DNA of 64,000 bases, taken from positions 3,168,001 to 3,232,000 of the forward strand of contig CBDCOX010000002.1 of assembly GCA_965219995.1 (NCBI GenBank), read 5' to 3'. The first letter of the stretch is position 1; every line of letters begins with the position of its first letter. Shown here one piece after another: positions 57,151-64,000 of the stretch. Both the position numbers and the translations under genes were made by a program. Source of the stretch: Candidatus Latescibacterota bacterium. Its GTDB lineage: Bacteria > Latescibacterota > UBA2968 > GCA-2709665. The notes below the pieces were generated by a model that ran no database searches, had not been told where the DNA came from, and worked only from the letters and a program-made list of their open reading frames with translations.

Positions 57151-58313
57151 CAATACATGTGTATCGCCCCGTCAGGCCCTTCGTAGCGACGGGGAGGCAG
57201 CGGCCGATATGGACGGGACTTCACCAGATCCATATCCAGTTCCACCCCAAGCCCCGGGCGCCGCTCCAGTTCGCCGACGTCCACGTATCCGCCCGAAACG
57301 GGCACCCGCAGCGTTTGCACGTCGTCGAACCACGGGCGCAGTCTGCAATGCTCGAGAATTTCGAAATTCTGCATCGCGGCCGCCGCGTGGGCCGCGGCCG
57401 CCAGCGCCACCGGCCCATACGGATTGTGCGGCGCGATTCCGATTCCGTACACCTCGGCGAAATGCGCCACCTTCATCAGTTCGCTGATGCCCCCCACGTG
57501 GCAGATATCCACCTGGCAAACGTCCACCGCCTGCCTTTCGAACCACTCCCGGCACTCCCACCGGGTGATCCAGCGCTCGCCCGCGGCAACCCGCATTCCC
57601 GGGAAGTCCCGTTTCAACCTGACGTACGGCTCAACCGTGCTCTGCTCCATGGGCTCTTCCACGAAGAGCATGTCCAGCGCCTGCAATTCCCGCATCAGGC
57701 GGTGCGCCGCCGCGGGCGAGAACACCCCGCCGCAGTCGATCATCAGCGCCGCGTCCGGCCCCAGCGCCTCTCGCAGCCGGGTCATCTCTCTCACGGCCAC
57801 GTCTACCTGCGCGTCCATATCGAACGGCGCGACCGCCGGACCGTGTCCGTGCTTGAACGCATCGAAGCCCTCCTCCAGGGCCTGCGCGGCGTGCGCCTCC
57901 AGCGAATCCAGCCCCAGGTCCGCCCGCGCGTAGCAGCGAACCCTGTTTCGAACCCTGCCGCCCAGCAGCCGGAACACGGGCTGTCCCGTCGCCTTTCCCG
58001 CGATGTCCCAGAGCGCCATGTCGATACCGCTGACCGCGCTGGTATGTACCACGCCCCGTTTCCACCAGTAATCGCGGTATCCCAGTTGCCAGACCTGCTC
58101 CACGTCCATTGGATTCATTCCCAGCAGCCTGGGTTTCAGCGCCGTTTCCACCTGCGCCGCGACGGCCATTTCGTGATGCTCCGTCGTGGCCTCGCCGACC
58201 CCCGTGACGCCCGCGTCCGTCTGCACCTCCACGAAGATCCAGTTCCGCCTGGGTGTGTGGCCGTCCGCCGCCGGGATGTTCATGACGTGCGCCCTGATGT
58301 CCGCGATCCTCAT
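57150..58313 (-). CDS. Mandelate racemase/muconate lactonizing family, galactonate dehydratase-like
   Basis: RNWIFVEVQTDAG.TG.GE, SGIDMALWDIAGK, LLGG.VR, metal ligands MID/EEP/GER, APHNP.GP. Confidence 0.9.
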   Translation of the reverse strand: MRIADIRAHVMNIPAADGHTPRRNWIFVEVQTDAGVTGVGEATTEHHEMAVAAQVETALKPRLLGMNPMDVEQVWQLGYRDYWWKRGVVHTSAVSGIDMALWDIAGKATGQPVFRLLGGRVRNRVRCYARADLGLDSLEAHAAQALEEGFDAFKHGHGPAVAPFDMDAQVDVAVREMTRLREALGPDAALMIDCGGVFSPAAAHRLMRELQALDMLFVEEPMEQSTVEPYVRLKRDFPGMRVAAGERWITRWECREWFERQAVDVCQVDICHVGGISELMKVAHFAEVYGIGIAPHNPYGPVALAAAAHAAAAMQNFEILEHCRLRPWFDDVQTLRVPVSGGYVDVGELERRPGLGVELDMDLVKSRPYRPLPPRRYEGPDGAIHMY

Positions 58314-58316
58314 CCT

Positions 58317-59546
58317 TCAGTCCTCTTTTTCCATGAACGCCCCCTCACGTTGGACGCGTTCGTACACCCGGGCGAACGCCTCGGACCCGTCGTCCTCCCA
58401 CACCTCCGAATTCACGCCGCGTATGGACCCCTCCTCGAACCCGGTCAGCCGGCGCACGTCCGGAATGCTCGGCGCAACCATCCGGTTCCCGCCCGGAAGG
58501 TGGAGCACGCCCACGTGTTTCGGCATCTCCGTGGGCCCCACCGCCGCCAGGCGCGCGAGCTTCTCTTCGTCCACGTCGAACCCCAGGCCCGGTCCTTCCG
58601 GCACCGGCGAACACCCGCCCGCAATCTCGATCCGCTCCGTCGTGATGTCCTCCTCGTACTGATCGTCCAGATTGATCGAATGTCCCGCGGTGGGCAGCAC
58701 CGCCCCCAGGTGCATCGCCAGCGCCTTCGTCAGGGTGCCTCCGGTCAGCTGCACCACCGCCTGCACGTTCGCCTTTCCGTACGCGAAACCGCGGAACAGC
58801 GCGTCTCCGAACCCGCCGCAATATTCGCCGATGATGTAGGCGTCCGCCATTCCCAGGATCATCTCCTGCAACCCGCCGAGCGGGGGCAGATGCATCACCA
58901 GCGGCACGTTGCACTGGGCCCGGAGCCGGCGCCAGCCGTCCGCGTCGGTCAGCAGCAGCGGGTCCTCGATGAACCCCGTGATCCGCGACCGCTCAAGGGC
59001 CTTCACGATGGGCAGCACCGTCGCCATGGCCCGGTTGTGGTTCATATCCCATTGCATCAGGAATCCCTCCGGCGCCACGTCCTCCACCGCGCGTTGCTGT
59101 TCGAGCACGTCGAAGTGCTGGCAGGTATGCATCTTGAACAACATATAGCCCTGGTCCACCGCGCGCAGGATCTCGTTGCTCAGGTCCTCGGGCGAGGCCG
59201 GCCGTGTCCAGGCCATCACCGGCACCCGGTCCCTGACCTTTTGTCCCATCAGCTTGTAGGCGGGTACGCCCAGGTGCTTGCCCATCACGTCGTACAGCGC
59301 GCCTCCCAGGGCCAGGTGCAACGTCTCATGGTTGAGAAAGTCGAACGGATTGCGGTCGATCAGTGGCGCCACGCTCTCCTTCGGCGGCGCGGCCGACCGG
59401 TAGTCGCCGTAGCCCACGATCCCGTTGTCCGTGACAACCTTGAAAATGGTCCGCTGGTCGATGGCGCGAAAACGCACCTTGTGATCCGCGTTCCGGGCCG
59501 CGAGTCCCGGGTTGATCGGAATGATGTCGATATCGACAATTTTCAT
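58317..59546 (-). CDS. Divergent enolase-superfamily (MR/MLE) protein
   Basis: TDNGIVGYG, ALYDVMGKHLGVP.Y.LMG, FKMH, WDMN, IEDP, VPEGPGLG. Confidence 0.85.
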   Translation of the reverse strand: MKIVDIDIIPINPGLAARNADHKVRFRAIDQRTIFKVVTDNGIVGYGDYRSAAPPKESVAPLIDRNPFDFLNHETLHLALGGALYDVMGKHLGVPAYKLMGQKVRDRVPVMAWTRPASPEDLSNEILRAVDQGYMLFKMHTCQHFDVLEQQRAVEDVAPEGFLMQWDMNHNRAMATVLPIVKALERSRITGFIEDPLLLTDADGWRRLRAQCNVPLVMHLPPLGGLQEMILGMADAYIIGEYCGGFGDALFRGFAYGKANVQAVVQLTGGTLTKALAMHLGAVLPTAGHSINLDDQYEEDITTERIEIAGGCSPVPEGPGLGFDVDEEKLARLAAVGPTEMPKHVGVLHLPGGNRMVAPSIPDVRRLTGFEEGSIRGVNSEVWEDDGSEAFARVYERVQREGAFMEKED

Positions 59547-60457
59547 CTCAGCACTCCTGTTGAAGTGAAGAATTCCCTCAACCCTTCCATCTCCTCGTCG
59601 TTCAGCGAATGGTACGGTTTCCGGCGCCAGCGCCCGGCCACGCCGAAGATCTCCATCGCTCCGTGGAAACCGGCGTTCCACCCGCCCGTGAGCGTGCCGA
59701 TATAGTCGAAGAACGGCATGTCGTAGTCCCGGACAATCCGGCGCGCCGTCACCAGGTCATTTTTCTCGATCGCGCGCCAGTACCGTCGCGCGATTTCGGG
59801 CTTGAACGTGATATACGACGACATATACCCGTCGCATCCGTACGGCCACATATTCATGTGGTTTACCTTCTGCCCTCCGGCAAATACGGCCACCCGCTCG
59901 TGGGCGACGAGACACAATCGCCGTGCGAAGTCCCCGCACACGTCATCCTTGATGGCCACCACGTTCTCGAATCGATCCAGCGTTTTTTCGATCACCTCCA
60001 GCCCGAACGCCGGCCCCCTGGCGGAGAACGCCCCCGTTACGATCATCACGGGCATCGTGCGCGACACCTCGCCGTAGTGTTCCACCAGCGTCCGGGCAGT
60101 GCTCGAAGCCCCCCATGCCGGAGGAAGCACCATCAGCACGTCGGCTCCCAGTCCTTCCGCGAACGATGCAAACGCAACCGAACGCCGCGTATCGTAATAC
60201 CGGTCCGCCGCCACCACCATTCCGCGGCCGGCGGTATGCTCGCACGCAACCTTCGTCACCTCGGCGATTTCCGCTTCGGACATACAGATATAGTGGCTGT
60301 CCCCGGCCGTCAACAGCACGGTGCGGCTGCCTCCCGCCAGCACGAAATCGATCTGATGACGCAACCCGTCGTAGTCCACGCTGCCGTCTTCGTTGAACGG
60401 CGTGGCGATTGATGAAATGATGCCCGTCAGGTGCGCCCGAACCTCGTCGCGATCCAT
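59543..60457 (-). CDS. Dihydrodipicolinate synthase-family (class I aldolase-like) protein
   Basis: GIISSIATPFNEDGSVDY, GADVLMVLPP, NVVAIKDD (Schiff-base Lys), RKPY. Confidence 0.85.
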   Translation of the reverse strand: MDRDEVRAHLTGIISSIATPFNEDGSVDYDGLRHQIDFVLAGGSRTVLLTAGDSHYICMSEAEIAEVTKVACEHTAGRGMVVAADRYYDTRRSVAFASFAEGLGADVLMVLPPAWGASSTARTLVEHYGEVSRTMPVMIVTGAFSARGPAFGLEVIEKTLDRFENVVAIKDDVCGDFARRLCLVAHERVAVFAGGQKVNHMNMWPYGCDGYMSSYITFKPEIARRYWRAIEKNDLVTARRIVRDYDMPFFDYIGTLTGGWNAGFHGAMEIFGVAGRWRRKPYHSLNDEEMEGLREFFTSTGVLR

Positions 60458-60469
60458 AACAAACCCCAA

Positions 60470-60668
60470 GGTGAGAAGGGAGAGGGTAGACGGTAGATGA
60501 AAGCGGGGAGACGGTAGACAGTAGACGGTAGATGAAGGCGGTGAGACGTGAGACGGAAGACGGTAGATGACGTCCTTGCCCGATTGATTCTCGCTTAATG
60601 CCTCTGGCAAGAAGTGAAACTACACGGGGCAGACAACCTTTCACGTCGTACGTCTTGCGTCTACCCGT
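60470..60668. mobile_element. Family A element (reverse core X)
   Basis: Repeated arms gaaagcggggagacg/gaaggcggtgagacg and reverse core X at ~60575-60631. Confidence 0.8.
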
Positions 60669-60694
60669 TTTTCAGGTTTTTCCTGTACCGTCTA

Positions 60695-61102
60695 CTACGG
60701 CCTGACGTCAAACCCCATCTGCCGGAAATGGTGGTCCAACGTCAACACACAACGAATTCTCAGCTCCCTCATGAGAACAAAGCTGCAGCAATCCGTAAAG
60801 GAGAATTCCTTGTCACGATATCCAAAGAAGAGTGTCCGTGCCTGTTCCCTTCGTGCTTCGTCGATGGACTCGATCCTCAGGCGGGATGAACGTTCGATCT
60901 GCACCCACCAGGCTTCAGCGGCATCGAGACCAAGTCTGGACCGAATAACTGTCAGCGTCTCGTCGATGACGTAGTCGGAGGTCGTCAGCAACCCCCCCGA
61001 CGACAGCCATTGGTCGCGGGATTCCCTGACTGCCGACCCCTTCGCGTCGCGGCTGTCTGCTGCCGCGACCCATCCCGCGGTATCGACGAACATATCATTC
61101 AC
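60695..61102 (-). CDS. vapC: VapC/PIN-domain toxin
   Basis: FVDTAGW, TSDYVIDE, FSFTDCCSF, LTLDHHF.QMGF. Confidence 0.92.
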   Translation of the reverse strand: MNDMFVDTAGWVAAADSRDAKGSAVRESRDQWLSSGGLLTTSDYVIDETLTVIRSRLGLDAAEAWWVQIERSSRLRIESIDEARREQARTLFFGYRDKEFSFTDCCSFVLMRELRIRCVLTLDHHFRQMGFDVRP

Positions 61103-61347
61103 TGGTACAACGCCTCGTCATGCCGCTCTGCAACGTCGCCCGATTCCGACGCACCGACAGGGGGCGCCTGGTAAAGGGGATCCGCCTGCAGCGGTGTGCT
61201 TCCCCGTGGCGGACTGCCTACGGGGACGATGTCGAAAGCAGGCCGACTGCGATAGAGAACGGTAAATCGCTCCCCGTGCCGCACCCTTGCGACAACCTCT
61301 TTGAGACGCGCGCGGAGCTGTTTGGCATTGATTGTCTCTGGCATCAC
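61099..61347 (-). CDS. Phd/YefM-family antitoxin
   Basis: TINAKQLRARL..VV..V..GERFTVLYRSRP; overlaps the toxin start. Confidence 0.88.
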   Translation of the reverse strand: MMPETINAKQLRARLKEVVARVRHGERFTVLYRSRPAFDIVPVGSPPRGSTPLQADPLYQAPPVGASESGDVAERHDEALYQ

Positions 61348-61355
61348 GGATCCTT

Positions 61356-61374
61356 TCTAAAGTTAAACTTAAGA
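61356..61374. promoter_or_regulatory. Near-palindromic putative TA operator
   Basis: tctaaagttaaacttaaga just upstream of the antitoxin gene. Confidence 0.4.
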
Positions 61375-61397
61375 TAAACTGCTTCGATAAGAAAAGC

Positions 61398-61660
61398 AAG
61401 ACGGTAGACGTAGCCAACGGCGATCAGCGGTCAGCCGTCAGCTTGAAACAAGAACGAAAATCATAATCAATAATCAAATTCAACGTCTACATTGCCCCAA
61501 ATACCCTAAAGGGGGTGAAACGGGAGAGGGGGAGAATAGCAGCGGTCAGTTTTCAGTCGTCAGCAAAGATCAAAAAAGACAATCAGCGCACACAAAGACA
61601 CGAAGACACAAAGGGAAACCATCGAAAAGCGGGCAACCACAAGGGCTGGCCGTACAAATG
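61398..61660. repeat. Degenerate repeat cluster (heptamers, ccccaaataccc-TA arm, 9-mers, REP remnant)
   Basis: tcagcggtcagccgtcagcttgaa; taaagggggtgaaacgg at 61507; gggcaaccacaagggctggccgtac. Confidence 0.7.
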
Positions 61661-61819
61661 CGACGACGGCGCGGACGACTCAACGGATATCTATAGTTCC
61701 GATGGGAGGTATTGTCGCGGGGGCGGCTCGCAGGCGCGTCAGGCACTGGGGTCTGCAACAGGAGTACCGGAAGTAGCCAGGCGCTCGTCTTCGAACGGGA
61801 ACGGTTCGGACAGATGGGA

Positions 61820-62044
61820 TTAGCCGATCAACGACTTTACAAGCGGAATGGCGACACAGGCCAGGACAACGCCAAGCATCCACTTCAAAAGCCTGATATC
61901 GCCCTCGATGTTCTGGAGGGGGGACTCAATACCCGTCAGCCGATGTTCGAAGTCGGCGATTTCTTCAGCGGCTTCCCGGGCATGTGCGTCAGGGGTGCCA
62001 GCGGCAACAAAGGCTGCGTAGGTCTTGGAGAGCACGATCGGCAT
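61820..62044 (-). CDS. Small coiled-coil protein with C-terminal TM helix, hypothetical
   Basis: 74 aa: YAAFVAAG...AREAAEEI...IEGDIRLLKWMLGVVLA. Confidence 0.65.
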   Translation of the reverse strand: MPIVLSKTYAAFVAAGTPDAHAREAAEEIADFEHRLTGIESPLQNIEGDIRLLKWMLGVVLACVAIPLVKSLIG

Positions 62045-62251
62045 CGTGCAGCCCTTTTGGTGAAGGGATGAAGATGGTTTTTGCAAACTTGAATCAGAGT
62101 ATTCCAAATCCTTCTTTGTTCTGACTGTAGCAGTCTCACAAACAAATGATCGCGGAAATGGCAGACAATGGCAAGTCAAAAATCGTCGGTAAGACGGTCT
62201 TGATGAATTGCGGCTGTCGGCGGCCGCGATGCCGATTCGCGATATTCGCCC

Positions 62252-62812
62252 TTAATGGTGCCCTTTCTCCTTCCCGCCGTCATCGTCCGCTCCCTCGCCA
62301 TGCTCTTTCTTTCCCTCACCGTGTTCGTCCCCATTCTCCCCGTGCCCGCCCGTGCCGGGCCCTCCGATTCGCAATATATGCCCATCGATATCGGCGACAA
62401 GCATCTCCCGTGCCCCCCACGACCGGTCGACGGGTCTCTGCCTGATTTCCGCCCCCGCCCGTGCGTATTTCTCGTGCAGTTCATCGACGTCGTTGACGCT
62501 GTAATAGATCCACACCGGCCGGGCGCCCTGCCCGTTTTCGCTCAGAAAGACGTTGACTTCGCCGTTGGAAATCGAGGCAAAGGTCTTGTCTTCTTTTTCG
62601 GCAGGCCAGTCCCAGTCCTTTTTGAAACCGAGAACCGTGGTATAGTGCGCGATGCTTGCTTCAACGCTTTGAACGTTCAGAATTGGCGTAACCGCGGTGA
62701 ATGCCGTGGATTCGGGACCGGAATCCCTGTCGCGGTCCTCGTGCGCAGAGACGACGAGACTCATGCCGATGGCGAATCCTGCAACGACTGCTGCGATTCC
62801 GGGACGCGTCAT
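62252..62812 (-). CDS. VOC/glyoxalase-bleomycin resistance family protein with signal peptide
   Basis: PILNVQSVEASIAHYTTVLGF, VNDVDELH, WGAREMLVADIDGHILRIG. RBS aggagg. Confidence 0.88.
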   Translation of the reverse strand: MTRPGIAAVVAGFAIGMSLVVSAHEDRDRDSGPESTAFTAVTPILNVQSVEASIAHYTTVLGFKKDWDWPAEKEDKTFASISNGEVNVFLSENGQGARPVWIYYSVNDVDELHEKYARAGAEIRQRPVDRSWGAREMLVADIDGHILRIGGPGTGGHGENGDEHGEGKKEHGEGADDDGGKEKGHH

Positions 62813-62931
62813 GGTTTTCCTCCTGGGGTAGGTTGACTCAGGTTGCGTTGCAAGATGCGTTTGTGGGGCAATCTGCGACGCATCCGCTGACTGCCGCGGG
62901 TGAATTTCCCTTAACTTAATTGATAACAGAT

Positions 62932-62945
62932 AGTTGAATTCAACT
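62932..62945. promoter_or_regulatory. Perfect 14-bp palindrome in an AT-rich divergent intergenic region
   Basis: AGTTGAATTCAACT between the divergent VOC and hypothetical genes. Confidence 0.35.
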
Positions 62946-63234
62946 TCGGCGTCAGGACCGTTTCACCGAGATTCCTTTTGGGTTGCAATGTGCGACGCCC
63001 TTACCCTTTGCCGACTTGCCCTCTTATAGTTTAATCTATTGTTTTTTAATAGGTTGTATATAGATCCCCACATCGGCACGGATTTTGTATTTATTCTAAG
63101 GACCCGCTATCCGGCAGTATGGCGCGAGGTGACACACTTCCGTAGGGGCGCCCCGCGGGTCAACCCTCGTGGAAACCCGAGGGTATGTTGCGCACTTCCA
63201 ATTGGCAGACGACGTCGTCCATGGGAGGGAAACC

Positions 63235-63939
63235 ATGCCGTCTTCCGAAAACGGATTCGCACGCCAGATCGCGAGGTTGTTCAAGGAGTTGGTCGAACGG
63301 GAACTGATAAGCATCGAACGGACTATCAAGGGGCGAAAACGGGAGCTGCGTCGAAAGATCGAAGCGAGGGAAACGGAACTGAAAGACGACGGTGGACTGG
63401 AGTCCCTGTTCGATCAATACAAAGCCGGCCTTTCGGAAACAGAGCGGCCGGAGAGTCGGGTGCAGGAACGCCGCATGTATTACAGTTGGGAAGGCGGACT
63501 CAGGTCAGAACTGGGGCGGTGGAGAATGGAGCTGGCGGAACTGGAAAACCGTTCCAGCGACCCGCAGGCAACTCTGACGAGTGCGCGGAAAAAGGTCATG
63601 CGCCTGCTGCTGCGTGAGACGCTGGTGGCGGCCGGTCCGGAAGGCAACCATGAACCGGAATCGGGTGAGGACGTGTATGACAGTCTCGAGGACTGTCTCA
63701 TTCCGGTTATCCGCCACATGAAGAAAGGCAAAAGCCATTCGGTGGCATTCCGCATGGTTGCCGAAACATTGGGGATTCGAAAAACGACGGTTGTCTCTCG
63801 ATGTACTGGCGACCTGGACCTGACAACGGAACAATTCGTCAGGCATGTTACCAACGGCGGGATCGTTCAGGTCGTGAAGGAAAGATACCCCGATCAGATC
63901 GAGCTGATTTGCCGCGAGCTTGCGCCGCTGTATCGGTAG
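63235..63939 (+). CDS. Hypothetical protein, coiled-coil N-terminus and possible C-terminal HTH
   Basis: RBS gggagg; charged helical N-terminal half; HSVAFRMVAETLGIRKTTVVSRC. Confidence 0.65.
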   Translation: MPSSENGFARQIARLFKELVERELISIERTIKGRKRELRRKIEARETELKDDGGLESLFDQYKAGLSETERPESRVQERRMYYSWEGGLRSELGRWRMELAELENRSSDPQATLTSARKKVMRLLLRETLVAAGPEGNHEPESGEDVYDSLEDCLIPVIRHMKKGKSHSVAFRMVAETLGIRKTTVVSRCTGDLDLTTEQFVRHVTNGGIVQVVKERYPDQIELICRELAPLYR

Positions 63940-64000
63940 TGCTCACAGATCCTTTCGGGACTCGAACCGCGGGCGGCCCCCCGCACGTGCTCGCATCCGC

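Noticed and set aside
1-64000. tRNA, rRNA, transposase, integrase or phage genes
   Set aside because: None recognised by eye; tRNAscan-SE/Infernal and HMM searches would be needed to exclude them formally.

Overview
High-GC bacterial chromosomal region. It starts with housekeeping genes: the uvrC 5' end, a metallophosphoesterase and a partial his operon (hisG-D-C-B plus an RfaE2-type adenylyltransferase). Next come a surface-glycosylation locus (GT4, nucleotide-sugar dehydrogenase, SDR, sugar C-methyltransferase, GT2, YfhO-like GT-C, flippase), a 1.5-kaa secreted metzincin-WD40-Ig-dockerin protein, an AddAB-like nuclease/helicase pair and a second GT cluster. These are followed by a sigma54-type hsp20, two type II TA pairs, and glycan/sugar-acid catabolic genes (BNR sialidase-like, heparinase II/III-like, Gfo/Idh/MocA, enolase superfamily, DHDPS-like). 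An orphan RamA/RamB (AmfB/AmfA)-like exporter pair also lies here. The gene content resembles sponge-associated Latescibacterota/Gemmatimonadota-like symbionts (inference only). The most striking signal is non-coding: most longer intergenic gaps are filled by modular, nested repeats of several families. These include a heptamer-armed, TA-bounded MITE-like element with interchangeable cores and GTGG/GTAG-type REPs, yet no transposase gene is in the window. Also notable are a candidate stand-alone ~64-nt sRNA with its own promoter and terminator, and a ~645-bp structured element. No rRNA, tRNA or CRISPR array was seen. All family calls come from motif recognition by eye, not database searches.
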